A stretch of 64,000 bases of DNA, taken from Candidatus Caldarchaeum sp. (GTDB lineage Archaea > Thermoproteota > Nitrososphaeria_A > Caldarchaeales > Caldarchaeaceae). The stretch's first letter is position 1; each line of letters begins with the position of its first letter. The DNA lies in contig JAWBKB010000003.1 in the NCBI GenBank assembly GCA_038831915.1, positions 68,662 through 132,661 on the forward strand. Direction: 5' to 3'. Position numbers and translations under genes: made by a program. Positions 1 to 9,705 of this stretch are shown piece by piece. The notes below the pieces were generated by a model. The model was not told where the DNA came from. It worked only from the letters and a program-made list of their open reading frames with translations, and made no database searches.

Positions 1-176
1 GTTGATGGGTTGAAGGTTTTCTGCAGGGAACACAACATGAAAATGTATTCGCTTGAATTTACCAAGCTCTACGTGGAAGCTATTGATTTGGCACGTGAAG
101 CCGCGGCGAAAGGCTACCGCACCCAGGAACTAATAGCAAAGCTCGAGAAGGAAATTCGCGAGGCGATGTCCAAGTG
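1..176 (+). CDS. 3' end of a CDS that starts upstream of the window (hypothetical protein)
   Basis: Open frame from position 1 reading ...FTKLYVEAIDLAREAAAKGYRTQELIAKLEKEIREAMSK, stop TGA at 174-176. No recognisable family. Confidence 0.3.
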
Positions 177-1004
177 AATCAGTCGAAGACCATGTTTTTC
201 CCGCCGAAGAAAATTCTCGACGCGTTGATGATTGTTCTCGGAACATTCATCCTGGCCAATTTTTTGCTTTTCGTCTTTACCGGGCCTAACGACGTCGGCG
301 TCGATTCTCAATGGCTTTACAACGTTTACCTAGGCGGTTCGGGCGGCGTCGCCACATACTGGTATGAGGAGAAAATCTGGGTTGAATCGATTACATACTG
401 TGAAAAGATTTTCTGCAGCGTTGTGATGAAAACAAATCCAACTCATTTTCACACAAGCTACGTGACAGGCGACAACCATCTCGTAAAATCAACCATCATC
501 GACAAAGAATACGGAACGACATACGAAATCAGCTACAGTCCTCCGCTGCTCCTACGGCCCGAATCGCTGTCCGTCGGCGACACGTGGAGGGGAAATACCG
601 TCGTCAAAGTAAGAACCACGGCGGGTGAACTGGTGCGAGAAGAATCACACACAATATCCGGTGTGGAGTCTAAGGTCGTGGATAGGCTGGTTTTAAGCGG
701 CAGCCGCGGAACCGTTGAAGCTTTTCTCATCGAAGAATGGACACGCGGAGTTCTGACCCGTCGCAGCGTTTACAGCCCAGCCCTTCATCAAGAAATCCGC
801 TATGAAATTCCTGTTTCGATGGCTTGGGGGGAGCTCGTCGACGTAAGTCTCCGCCAGCCCAGCGTGTTTGATTTTTTTAGGATAAGGATGTTTCTCGGTC
901 TTGAGCTGGCTCACGTCTTTGTCGCTTTTCTCGTGCTGGCGTTTTTAAGGCTTGCAAAGTCTATGGGGTTGATTGTTTCCGAGGAACGGAAAAATACCCC
1001 TTAA
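174..1004 (+). CDS. hypothetical membrane-anchored protein (N- and C-terminal hydrophobic helices)
   Basis: 276-aa ORF with GTG start overlapping the upstream stop. N-terminal TM segment (ILDALMIVLGTFILANFLLFVF) and C-terminal hydrophobic stretch. No family recognised. Confidence 0.4.
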   Translation: MNQSKTMFFPPKKILDALMIVLGTFILANFLLFVFTGPNDVGVDSQWLYNVYLGGSGGVATYWYEEKIWVESITYCEKIFCSVVMKTNPTHFHTSYVTGDNHLVKSTIIDKEYGTTYEISYSPPLLLRPESLSVGDTWRGNTVVKVRTTAGELVREESHTISGVESKVVDRLVLSGSRGTVEAFLIEEWTRGVLTRRSVYSPALHQEIRYEIPVSMAWGELVDVSLRQPSVFDFFRIRMFLGLELAHVFVAFLVLAFLRLAKSMGLIVSEERKNTP

Positions 1005-1374
1005 GATCATTTTTCGCAGCATGTCCATCGTCTTGTATTCGACGATGTGGACGGGTGATTTAGCTCTTGGCGAAGCCGTCGTAGAGCTCCTCCAGCAAGA
1101 GCTGAGCAAAAGAGGTGTGAGCTTCAGGGTTGTTGAAAAGAAATGGAGCGAGTTGGAGTTTGCACGGCTTTTAGGAGAATCGGCTGAAACCGGTGTGTTG
1201 GTCGAGGTCGAAGTCGATGAAAAATTCCGAGACATCGGGGAAGAATGTTTAACCGCTGTTTATTCCGATGTAAAAAGGTTGAAGGAAACCGCGGTAAAAA
1301 TAGCGATGACAAAATACATCAAGGACAAAGCGGAGCTCGAAGAATACAGGAAAGGCCTCGACGAAACATATTGA
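973..1374 (+). CDS. hypothetical protein (acidic, helical)
   Basis: 133-aa ORF. The real start is probably an internal Met (MSIVLY...). No recognisable motifs. Confidence 0.3.
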   Translation: MFPRNGKIPLKIIFRSMSIVLYSTMWTGDLALGEAVVELLQQELSKRGVSFRVVEKKWSELEFARLLGESAETGVLVEVEVDEKFRDIGEECLTAVYSDVKRLKETAVKIAMTKYIKDKAELEEYRKGLDETY

Positions 1375-1406
1375 GGTGAAAAAAGTTGACCGAGGATAAA
1401 ATTTTC

Positions 1407-1547
1407 ATGATTTGCCCCAGTTGCGGAAGAAAAACGGTTCGAAAGAAGAGATGCATGCACTGCTGGGCCCGTCTCCCCGTCGAAGAACAGGGGAAGCTCG
1501 GCGGTGAAGGCATTCCCTACTGGCAGCGGGGGCTGGGGGAAGATTGA
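1407..1547 (+). CDS. small zinc-ribbon protein (46 aa, CxxC...CxxC)
   Basis: ATG at 1407. Translates to MICPSCGRKTVRKKRCMHCWARLPVEEQGKLGGEGIPYWQRGLGED with two CxxC pairs. Its TGA stop (1545-1547) overlaps the TTG start (1544) of the next ORF as TTGA, suggesting translational coupling. Below the 60-aa cutoff of the ORF track. Confidence 0.3.
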   Translation: MICPSCGRKTVRKKRCMHCWARLPVEEQGKLGGEGIPYWQRGLGED

Positions 1548-2158
1548 TAGAGCTTCTCGCCGACGACTTTGTCAACTACTATCGCTCCGAAGAAGCCAAA
1601 CAGGTTTCAACTTTCCTCGATGAGAAAAAGAAGTTCTTCACAATGGTTTTCGGTGAAGAATCGATTGATTCGGTCAAGCCCGAACACCTGAATGACGTGT
1701 TTGGAATGTTGTCGACGGCTGGGTGGCGGCAAATCCTCGAAGCTGTCTTAAATAAGTATGGATTTGAAAGCGTGGTCGAGCATGTGAAATATTTTCTTTA
1801 TGGGTCGGAGCCTTTGGAAATTAGGTTTGACACGTTTTTCGAACGTTTACCCGAAGTTCCGCAGCTGGCCTTGATGGAGGTTGCGACCTTCGCTCAGCCG
1901 AAAAACTTCTGCATCTGGGACGATGCAGCGAAAAAAACCATCATCTACATCGGGCACAGCCGGATGCATGGCCTTTCCGAAACATCGTTCCAGGAAACAA
2001 TTTCAGGGCTTGACTATGTTTGGGCACGGTTCGCGTTAAACCATGTTCGTCAGATTCTTTCCGCTTACGTGAGCCGTAAAATCGACTATGTAGACGTTCA
2101 TCTGTTTACGAGGTTTGTTTATGATAGATTTGTCTTGAAAAAATTTGTGAATGTTTAG
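1544..2158 (+). CDS. hypothetical protein
   Basis: 204-aa ORF with a TTG start coupled to the upstream zinc-ribbon ORF. No recognisable family. Confidence 0.4.
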   Translation: MIELLADDFVNYYRSEEAKQVSTFLDEKKKFFTMVFGEESIDSVKPEHLNDVFGMLSTAGWRQILEAVLNKYGFESVVEHVKYFLYGSEPLEIRFDTFFERLPEVPQLALMEVATFAQPKNFCIWDDAAKKTIIYIGHSRMHGLSETSFQETISGLDYVWARFALNHVRQILSAYVSRKIDYVDVHLFTRFVYDRFVLKKFVNV

Positions 2159-3027
2159 AAGAATTGGCCTGCGTATAGCATCGATATTCTGAGGGCGAGT
2201 GCTCCGACGATTAGGCTGACGTAGAGTCTTAGCAGTATGTTTCTTGACGGTGGTGTTTTGGCGGCGAAAGCGATGTATGAATGGGTTGCGGGCAGACCGA
2301 GTCCAACCAATATGTATCCGATGTAGAACATGGGGGCGGCGAGTGGGAACGGGTTGGCTAACAGATTCATCACAGCTACGGGGCTTTCGACGAATACGAG
2401 GTGGGCGATTGTTGCGAGGCCGCTGACCGTGAGAAGCAGCACTGTGTAGGTGTTCATATCGACGAGCAAATCTGTGAATTCTTCATAGAGCTGTTTGTTG
2501 CGTATGATCATTAGTCCGACGACGCCTATGGCCGCGAGTATTCCTGTGAAAAGGTATAGGTATGGTAGGATGGGTGTTTGCCAGAGCAGTCTTTTCGAAG
2601 CCGCCATCAACAAAATACCTGCTTGAAGACCGGCTGGAAACGCTGAAAGCAGTAAGATTATTTCGAAGAACCTTCGCACTTTGACGACGGCGGCTGGCTT
2701 GACCCAGAAAACCGCCGTGACAACGGCGGCTAACGTGAAAACTGTCAAAACGGGGACTGTTCGAGACATCACGGAGGTGCCGAGGACGAGGAGGTTGACT
2801 ATGGCGTATGCGGCTCTTTCGGGACGTCCAAGCTCGACTACCAGCGTTATCATTCCGACGACGGCTAAAACTGCTGAAATCGTGATTGAAGCCCTGATTA
2901 GGGATGAAAACCGCTGCCAGTTTCGGAGGCTTAGGAGCACGCCGATGATGGCGAGGCCCGCGGCGAGTCCGAAGACATATTCTTCGATGACTATAGGCCA
3001 GTCCCAAGCGAACTGACCGGCTGCCAT
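2155..3027 (-). CDS. NrfD/PsrC-type polytopic membrane anchor subunit of the molybdopterin oxidoreductase (formate dehydrogenase-like) complex
   Basis: 290-aa protein, hydrophobic throughout (about 8 predicted TM helices). It is the last gene in the operon with the catalytic and 4Fe-4S subunits, and its start abuts the Fe-S subunit stop (3027/3029). Confidence 0.65.
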   Translation of the reverse strand: MAAGQFAWDWPIVIEEYVFGLAAGLAIIGVLLSLRNWQRFSSLIRASITISAVLAVVGMITLVVELGRPERAAYAIVNLLVLGTSVMSRTVPVLTVFTLAAVVTAVFWVKPAAVVKVRRFFEIILLLSAFPAGLQAGILLMAASKRLLWQTPILPYLYLFTGILAAIGVVGLMIIRNKQLYEEFTDLLVDMNTYTVLLLTVSGLATIAHLVFVESPVAVMNLLANPFPLAAPMFYIGYILVGLGLPATHSYIAFAAKTPPSRNILLRLYVSLIVGALALRISMLYAGQFF

Positions 3028-3028
3028 C

Positions 3029-4024
3029 CTACTTCCCCTGACCGTTGTTCTTCTTCAAAATGCTGTTTTTCCGTTCGCCAAGCCATCTAATGGCTCCGAC
3101 GACGCCGAGAACGAGAACTCCGGCGAGGCCGAGGGCGTTAAACTGTGAAATGAGTCGTTCGGTGCGTGTGCTCGGCCTTTCTTTGTAGACTTCAGGCAGG
3201 CCAAGCTCTTCGGGAGGTCGTTTTAAGACGTAGATGACGTTCGTCCCACCTGCTTCTTCGAGACCGTAGATGAAGCCGCCTGTTCTCGCGGCTTTTTCAC
3301 GAGCCATCCGGACGATTTCGTTGCGTGGACCCCATTTCAACGCGTCCGTTGGACATGTTTCAACACACGCAGGTTCGAGAAGGTTGTGCGAGCTGTATGG
3401 GAAGATGTTTTTGATTTCGAACTGCGGGTTGTAGGTGTCGCCTTTGAAAGCCGTTACGGCTATGGGTTTGTTCGATATTCTGTCGGCGCAGAGTGTGCAT
3501 TTTTCGACGACTCCTAGTTCAAAGTTCATCCTTGGAACGTCGAAGGGACATGCTTCGATGCAGTTGCGGCATCCGATGCAGAGGTCGGTTCTAACCACGA
3601 CCGGGCCTTCTGGATATTTCCACAACGCGGTGGTGGGACATCCATAGACACATGGAGCTTCGACACAGTGCATACAGCTTACTCTCGTAAACAGCCACTG
3701 AAGCGTGTCGCCTTCTCCGAATTCGTCGAACTTCATCGTCAGCCATGTATGTGCTTCGAGGTTCTGCGGATTGGTGAACGAAACGATTTCCGAGCCGGCG
3801 TAGCCTTTCTTCCCAACGGCGATTTCACGGCCGAGCTTCGCGACAGGGTCGTCTACTTCCCTGTACATCGGCTCTCTGTCGTTCCATCTTTTGCACGCAA
3901 CTTGGCAAGCTCTGCATCCGATGCAGAGGTCTTGGTCGAAAAGCATCGCGAAACTGTTGGCGGCTACTTGCTCATATTTTCCGAACCGGTCTTTTGTTGC
4001 TTGTTCAGGTACGAGCGACATCAT
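3029..4024 (-). CDS. 4Fe-4S ferredoxin-type electron-transfer subunit (FdnH/HybA-like) with C-terminal TM helix
   Basis: Several CxxCxxCxxxCP cluster motifs (e.g. CIGCRACQVACKRWN, CMHCVEAPCVYGCP, CIGCRNCIEACP). C-terminal hydrophobic helix LGLAGVLVLGVVGAI. Confidence 0.85.
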   Translation of the reverse strand: MMSLVPEQATKDRFGKYEQVAANSFAMLFDQDLCIGCRACQVACKRWNDREPMYREVDDPVAKLGREIAVGKKGYAGSEIVSFTNPQNLEAHTWLTMKFDEFGEGDTLQWLFTRVSCMHCVEAPCVYGCPTTALWKYPEGPVVVRTDLCIGCRNCIEACPFDVPRMNFELGVVEKCTLCADRISNKPIAVTAFKGDTYNPQFEIKNIFPYSSHNLLEPACVETCPTDALKWGPRNEIVRMAREKAARTGGFIYGLEEAGGTNVIYVLKRPPEELGLPEVYKERPSTRTERLISQFNALGLAGVLVLGVVGAIRWLGERKNSILKKNNGQGK

Positions 4025-4032
4025 GTATCACC

Positions 4033-7000
4033 TCACGCTTTCTCCACCCTGACAAGGGCTATCTTGGTCTCCGGCATGCCTGTCTCCTCATCCATCGCGT
4101 CGGGGAAGAGCTTGTTGGTTATCACGTTGGGACGGCCGAGCGGGCGCTGGAACCCATAAGCCCACGGCATCGCGATAATTTCCCAAAGCTTCCCGTTGAT
4201 CACCAAAGGCCTCACCCTGTTAGTAACCATGACTTTGGCGACAACAGGGTCGTTGAGGTTGCGTTTCGACACAATTTTGACCCGGTCTCCTGTCTTGACG
4301 CCGAGCTTGTTGGCGAGCGACGGGCTCATTTCGACGAACAGCTCAGGCATCATTTCTGCAAGCCATGGAATCGTCCGCGTCAATATACCGGTGTGCTGAT
4401 GTTCAGTAAGCCTGAACGATGTGAGGATGACGTTGAACCCTTCCTCGACGGTTCCTATAACCATGCCGGCTTCGAACTTGTTTCCAGGATGGAATCCTTT
4501 CGGCGGCGTAATTCCAAGCTCTTTGAAGTATGGATGGTCTCCCACGAGGGGTGGATATTGTTTGACGAGTTCTTTGTCAGGTGATTCGGCTGGCTCATAA
4601 TAGCCTGCGAATCCACGGCCTCTTCGTGCGTAGAAGCTCGACCAGAAAGTCGCCCTGTTCCCCGGTTTGAAGAAGTTGAAGCCGAGGGCCATCAGTCCAC
4701 GTGGGTCGCGCGGTTCCTTCAAGTCATACATGTTCCTCTGGTTGTCGGGCCAAGCCCATCCCCAGTACTTGAATATCTTGAACCGCTCCGTGTAAGCGTC
4801 CATAAATGTTTTGTCGCGTTGAGCCATCCTGTTTTCACCGTTCGGCCCAACGATGCCTCGGTAGATACGGACTGTTTTGTCGATTTCTTTCGATACTTCA
4901 AATGCTTCGGGCTCTGTGTCGAGGTCTTCGATGCTTGGTTTAGTTCGTTTCGTTGGATGACGGTAGTCCCAGAGCTCGTCGACGTTTTTGCCGTTGCTGA
5001 GTCTCCGCAGCTCGGCCAGAGGTACGCCTTTGTCACTTGAAAATCTTTCCGAAGGCAGGACGATCAATCCTTTCTGGCGTAGGCGTTTGAACAGCTGGTC
5101 GATGAACCAGAGATCGGATCTGATGTCTTTGAACGTCCTTTTCTGCGGGTCATACGGATCGACGACGCGGTTGTTGTCCTGGAGCTTGTGCCTCCACTGA
5201 ATCGTGTGACCCGTGTTGGTGACGCTTCCGCTGTTCTCGTATTTGCTGGCGGCGGGAAGCACGATGTCGGCAAAATGAGCTGTTTCGGAAAGGAATAAAT
5301 CCATCACCACGACGAAAGCGTTGGGCGAGCTGAGTCCTCGGATTACTTGGCTCGCGTTACCCACAGAGACGACCGGGTTCATGCCTTGGAGAATGATGAA
5401 TTTGATGCGGCCTGCCTCCATTTCTCTGAAGTATTCGATGGTTGTTAGGCCGGGTTCAACTGGCACGTCTGAAATGACTATGCCGTTGTCTGGGTCGGTT
5501 TCGGGATAGGTTCCGATGAAGATGCCCCAGTGCATTTCGGCTTCGCGCCACGAGGCGTAGTGGCGAAGGTCTCCGACCCATGCGATGTTCAACGCTTGAG
5601 CGATTTCAGCAGCTGTTTTTCCTTCCCTGACCAAGTTCTTGTATTTCTGGTAGCGTCTGATGTCTGCTTCAGCTCCACCCGATATTCTTTCTCTTTCACC
5701 GAGACCTCCCGGAACACGTCTGTATCCAAGCCAAATGTGCATCAGATGGTTCATGTCGTTGGAGCCTTGGACGTTGCTGATTCCTCTCAACACATTGGCT
5801 CCTCCTCCCGGCTGTCCGACGTTGCCGAGCAGAAGCTGAAGCTGTCCGAACAAGCGGATTATCTGTGTTCCGCATGTGTGCTGCGTTGCTCCGATGCACC
5901 AGACGAATTGTCCGGGCCTGTTAGCTGGGTTGGTGTATTCGGCTGCCATTTGCAGGAATTTGTAGGCAGGGACGCCGGTGATTCTTTCGACTTCTTCGGG
6001 CGTGAACCTGCTGACATGTTCTTTGAATTTTGAAAATACTGAGTCGGGGTTTTTCTCCCAGTCTTCGAGGAACTGGCCTGTTTGATGATGAAGTGGGAAG
6101 TCGGTTCTTTCTTGGAGGAATTGTTTGTCATAGAGGCCGTTGCGTATGGCGTAGTTCATTATGCCGAGAACGATGGCAGCTTCGGTGCCCGGCCTGAACC
6201 AAGCAAACATGTGAGCTTTTGATGCTGTCCGTCCAAACCGCGGGTCGAAGACAAGCAGTTTACCGCCTTTCTCTATGGACCTTGACGTAAACTTATAGGC
6301 TTCGGGATGTTGTTCAGCGTGGTTTGAGCCGATGTTTATCGTGACTTTTGCGTTCTGCATGTCTACGGCTGAATTGGTCATGACTCCGAAACCGTAGACA
6401 TCGGCGAGGCCTGCGACCGTTGTCGAGTGGCATCTGCGCGCTTCGATGTCGCAGTTGTTGGTGCCCATCAGCATGGCGAGCTTTCTGCCGAGATAGGCTT
6501 CTTCGTTGCTCAGGTAGTCTGTGGAAATGCGCGCGATGGGTAATGCACGTGGATGAAGCTGCCATGCTTTTTCAGGGTCGTCGAGGTTGCGGCCTCCGGG
6601 TATGAGATAGTTGCCTTTAGCGTCAAGCCATGGCTTGTTCTTTTCCCATTCACGGTAAATCTGTTCGTATTTTTCGATGATTATTCGGAAAGCTTCTTCC
6701 CATGTGATTTCACGCCACATCGGGTCTTCGTTCTCACCTTTCCGCGGGTTAGTGCGCATCAACGGCCTTCGAAGCCTGTATGGGTTGAACTGCGGCAACA
6801 ACATTATGGAAGCCTGACCCTTTGAGCAGAGCGTGCCTTCGGTGTGAGGAGCTTCGAGGTCTGGAGCGATGTCGACTACACGGCCATCGACAACTGTTCC
6901 GACAACTGTGCATCCGACGGCGCAGTATGGACAAACGCTCGGAATTCGCTGTCCTTCTAGCAGCTTCGGCTTCGGAGCCGGCAGAGCTCTTGCCGACTGG

Positions 7001-7131
7001 ATACTTAACCCCGCCAGCGAAAAGCCGGACAGAGCCGTCGTTGCAGTTGTAGCTACTTTTAAAAAGTCTCGTCTTTTTAGTGAAACTGCCTGACTCATTT
7101 GTTGAACATACTGTGATAACAGTAAATACAT
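4033..7131 (-). CDS. fdhA: formate dehydrogenase catalytic (molybdopterin) subunit, Tat-exported, Cys at the Sec/Cys position
   Basis: Twin-arginine signal LKRRDFLKVATTATTALSGFSLAGL. N-terminal Fe-S motif CPYCAVGCTV...C. Active-site signature ARRCHSTTVAGLADVYGFGVMTN resembles E. coli FdnG ARV(U)HGPTVASL. No in-frame TGA. The likely true start is the internal Met (MSQAVSLKRRD, about 7098). Confidence 0.85.
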   Translation of the reverse strand: MYLLLSQYVQQMSQAVSLKRRDFLKVATTATTALSGFSLAGLSIQSARALPAPKPKLLEGQRIPSVCPYCAVGCTVVGTVVDGRVVDIAPDLEAPHTEGTLCSKGQASIMLLPQFNPYRLRRPLMRTNPRKGENEDPMWREITWEEAFRIIIEKYEQIYREWEKNKPWLDAKGNYLIPGGRNLDDPEKAWQLHPRALPIARISTDYLSNEEAYLGRKLAMLMGTNNCDIEARRCHSTTVAGLADVYGFGVMTNSAVDMQNAKVTINIGSNHAEQHPEAYKFTSRSIEKGGKLLVFDPRFGRTASKAHMFAWFRPGTEAAIVLGIMNYAIRNGLYDKQFLQERTDFPLHHQTGQFLEDWEKNPDSVFSKFKEHVSRFTPEEVERITGVPAYKFLQMAAEYTNPANRPGQFVWCIGATQHTCGTQIIRLFGQLQLLLGNVGQPGGGANVLRGISNVQGSNDMNHLMHIWLGYRRVPGGLGERERISGGAEADIRRYQKYKNLVREGKTAAEIAQALNIAWVGDLRHYASWREAEMHWGIFIGTYPETDPDNGIVISDVPVEPGLTTIEYFREMEAGRIKFIILQGMNPVVSVGNASQVIRGLSSPNAFVVVMDLFLSETAHFADIVLPAASKYENSGSVTNTGHTIQWRHKLQDNNRVVDPYDPQKRTFKDIRSDLWFIDQLFKRLRQKGLIVLPSERFSSDKGVPLAELRRLSNGKNVDELWDYRHPTKRTKPSIEDLDTEPEAFEVSKEIDKTVRIYRGIVGPNGENRMAQRDKTFMDAYTERFKIFKYWGWAWPDNQRNMYDLKEPRDPRGLMALGFNFFKPGNRATFWSSFYARRGRGFAGYYEPAESPDKELVKQYPPLVGDHPYFKELGITPPKGFHPGNKFEAGMVIGTVEEGFNVILTSFRLTEHQHTGILTRTIPWLAEMMPELFVEMSPSLANKLGVKTGDRVKIVSKRNLNDPVVAKVMVTNRVRPLVINGKLWEIIAMPWAYGFQRPLGRPNVITNKLFPDAMDEETGMPETKIALVRVEKA

Positions 7132-7210
7132 AAGCTTTTTTTAGTTACAATTCGCCTTTTAAAACGGCGTTATAAAAAATTTAATTCAACATAATTCCGC
7201 AGCATAAGCG
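7132..7210. promoter_or_regulatory. AT-rich divergent promoter region between fdhA and the fdhE-like gene (TATA-like boxes)
   Basis: Contains ttttaaaa and ttataaaaaattt between divergent gene starts. Confidence 0.3.
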
Positions 7211-8020
7211 TTGAGTCTTCTTAAAGCAAGGCTTAAAAGGCTTGAAAATAACTACGAAATCGTCAGATTTGCCTCCTTTCTGATCGAAGTTCGCGACGAA
7301 TTCGTCGAAAAAGTGGAGCTTTCGCGGTTAACCAAGCCGGGTTTCGTCGAAAAGACAGCGTCAGCCATCGCGAAAGGCAGCAGACCACTGCTCGACGAAG
7401 AAATCATCAACAACATAAATTTCGACTATCTTTCACAAGTCTTCGTCGACCTGTTCAAAACACTTAAGGAGAGAGCGGCTGTCGATGGAGAAGTTGACAG
7501 AATTACTCAGGGTCTGAAAAATGATTCGAACTTTGTTCGGAAGCTTTTCGAATACGCGGCGGGTTTATTGGATGAGCCGCCGGCTAACGTCGAACGCGAG
7601 CTCCTACTGCACATCGTCTTCATCCCACTGCAGCCGCTGCTAAAATCCATCAACCAACTGAATTCGAGGCTTGACACGCCGACATACGTTCGCTCATGCC
7701 TGACATGCGGCAAAAAATACATCACCGGTGTTTACCGCGGAGGCTTCAGACACATGCTTTGCTCGGCGTGCGGACATCTCGCCCGCGTCGACTTCTTCTA
7801 CTGCCCATCATGCGGAACAACAGACCCGCACGCCCTCCGCTTCCAAAGGTTTCAAGAAGAACCCTACTTCCAGCTCGAAATCTGCGACCGATGCGGAGCC
7901 TACTACAAGATGGTGAATGAAGATATCGTCGGCTCTGTTTCAGAAGACCCCATGCTTCTCGATTTTGCAACGATTGATTTGGATAACGTCGCGAACACCG
8001 TCAAACAGAAGACAGGCTAA
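7211..8020 (+). CDS. fdhE: FdhE-like formate dehydrogenase accessory protein (four CxxC pairs)
   Basis: C-terminal half carries CLTCG...CSACG...CPSCG...CDRCG rubredoxin-like CxxC clusters as in FdhE. Divergent from the fdh operon. TTG start. Confidence 0.55.
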   Translation: MSLLKARLKRLENNYEIVRFASFLIEVRDEFVEKVELSRLTKPGFVEKTASAIAKGSRPLLDEEIINNINFDYLSQVFVDLFKTLKERAAVDGEVDRITQGLKNDSNFVRKLFEYAAGLLDEPPANVERELLLHIVFIPLQPLLKSINQLNSRLDTPTYVRSCLTCGKKYITGVYRGGFRHMLCSACGHLARVDFFYCPSCGTTDPHALRFQRFQEEPYFQLEICDRCGAYYKMVNEDIVGSVSEDPMLLDFATIDLDNVANTVKQKTG

Positions 8021-8895
8021 ATCTCGAGACCCACTACTGATTCGCCGCCGAAGAAAATCCCGAAATCCAAGTTGACATGCAAATCTTTGTAACCCACGTT
8101 TACCTCCGCCTCCTGATAGTTTTCGTAGAGCCGTGGATGTTTGGCCCGTATTTTCAAAGGCCCGCTTCCCGCCTTCACCTTGAATTTAGCGAATCCTGCG
8201 TTATCCGTTACACCGGATTGCCCGTCGCTGAGAAACACAAGTGCTTCGGGCACGGGGTTGGGCACGCCGCTGTGGTCATCCAAAGTTATGCAGACAAAAA
8301 CCGTCACCTCGACGAATTCCCTTTTCTCATCCTGGGCAACGTATTTTCCTTCGACGGTCATGAGTTCGACGGAAAAATTGGGGTTGACATACAGCCTCAC
8401 GGGTTCCGGTGTCTCATATCCGTCGACTTTCCCCCAGCTTATCACGTAAATTCCCGGAACGGTGATGATTTTCTCAGCCTTTCCAACACCTATTTTTTCA
8501 CCGTTGACGAAAATTTCACCTCGTTCAATGTTGTTCATTATTTTAACCGGTGTGGCTGTTTCAACGACTTCGACGACCGCTTCGGCTTCAGCCGGCTCAA
8601 ACCCCTCTTTCTCAACCTTGACCACAAAGATGTCTCTACCTGTTTTGAATGAATAGTAGGATGCGAGAGCCAACCCGTTTTTGTCGGTTGTTCTGTAGGA
8701 ATGCGGGTCGATTACCCCCATGCCGCATCGATAAGAAACCTTGCAGTCCTCGATTGGGGCTCCTTTTTCGTCTGTTACGACGGCGACGATGTTGCAGACT
8801 CTTGGTTCTACGTATTTCGTGGCGGGGAATATTTTCGGATTGATTGTGTTGATGGCGACAAGTAGTTTGGGAAGCGGTTTCTGTTCCTGCTGCAT
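8017..8895 (-). CDS. hypothetical beta-rich protein
   Basis: 292-aa ORF. No family recognised. Confidence 0.4.
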   Translation of the reverse strand: MQQEQKPLPKLLVAINTINPKIFPATKYVEPRVCNIVAVVTDEKGAPIEDCKVSYRCGMGVIDPHSYRTTDKNGLALASYYSFKTGRDIFVVKVEKEGFEPAEAEAVVEVVETATPVKIMNNIERGEIFVNGEKIGVGKAEKIITVPGIYVISWGKVDGYETPEPVRLYVNPNFSVELMTVEGKYVAQDEKREFVEVTVFVCITLDDHSGVPNPVPEALVFLSDGQSGVTDNAGFAKFKVKAGSGPLKIRAKHPRLYENYQEAEVNVGYKDLHVNLDFGIFFGGESVVGLEI

Positions 8896-8931
8896 TTTTA
8901 CCTTTGATTTGTTCTGATGGCTTAAAAGGTT

Positions 8932-9705
8932 TCAGGGTTTAAGCATGCTGAGCCAGCCCGGGTAGGAAGGAAGGTATGTGTGTGTTTTCGTGAATCCCGC
9001 CAGCCTAAACCCGTACATCATGAATGAGGAGCTCGTTCCTTCCTCGCAGTAAAAAACAACTGAAACATCAGGGTTGATTTGTTTCTCTTCGGCCGCTTGT
9101 TTTATCGCTTCAAAGTTGAATAAATTCGTTGATGAATAGATTTTGTGCCATGGAATGTTTACGGCGGAGGGGATGTGTCCGAATTCATAGTCGGCTGGAG
9201 AACGTGTATCGACTATCACGGTTTTTTCATCGCTGTTTTGGATAAGTTGTATGATTTTCTCACGCGTAATTATACTTTGTTCATCGTATCGTAGTGTCAG
9301 GTTTGTTTTCTGAATGAGTGGTTGTTTCTGCGCTGTGACTGGATGGTTTTGTTTGACGTATTCGTCGAAAGTAGTTGAAAGCAGTCCGAGCTTTCTGAAA
9401 CCGAGAAGCTCTAAAGTGTATGCTGCACGTGCCGCGTGCCTGCCGTAAAAATTGTCATAAAAAATTATGAAATCATCCTCGGTGACGCCGATGTGGGAAA
9501 GGGTTGCTGATAATTCTTCTGCCGGAGCTGGATATAGGGCCACGCCTACGAGTTTGATGAAGTTCGAAAACGGCAGAGGTAGAGCATTTGGAATGTGTCC
9601 CGCCCTGTATTCTATCAGCCGTCTTACGTCGATGATTTTGTAGTTGTCGATGTTGTCCAGGAGGTTATGTGGTGTGATGAGTTTTGGGATGATTGGTGAC
9701 TTCAA
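8932..9705 (-). CDS. tandem rhodanese-domain sulfurtransferase
   Basis: Two rhodanese-like halves. Candidate catalytic Cys in VVFYCEEGTSSSFMMYGF. Lies next to Moco and thiolation genes. Confidence 0.65.
   Translation of the reverse strand: MKSPIIPKLITPHNLLDNIDNYKIIDVRRLIEYRAGHIPNALPLPFSNFIKLVGVALYPAPAEELSATLSHIGVTEDDFIIFYDNFYGRHAARAAYTLELLGFRKLGLLSTTFDEYVKQNHPVTAQKQPLIQKTNLTLRYDEQSIITREKIIQLIQNSDEKTVIVDTRSPADYEFGHIPSAVNIPWHKIYSSTNLFNFEAIKQAAEEKQINPDVSVVFYCEEGTSSSFMMYGFRLAGFTKTHTYLPSYPGWLSMLKP

Noticed and set aside
114-311. 65-aa minus-strand ORF overlapping the start of the first plus-strand genes
   Set aside because: Overlaps two plus-strand coding regions. No support.
2483-3007. 174-aa Arg-rich minus-strand ORF and other alternative-frame ORFs inside fdhA/fdhB/nrfD (e.g. 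3668..4159, 3994..4584, 5530..6033)
   Set aside because: They lie in alternative frames of well-supported genes and have biased low-complexity composition. Frame-shadow artefacts of GC-rich coding DNA.
4033-7131. Selenocysteine (TGA-recoded) formate dehydrogenase
   Set aside because: The ORF is uninterrupted and the position homologous to Sec/Cys is a Cys codon (RRCHSTTV). No in-frame TGA, so no SECIS is needed.
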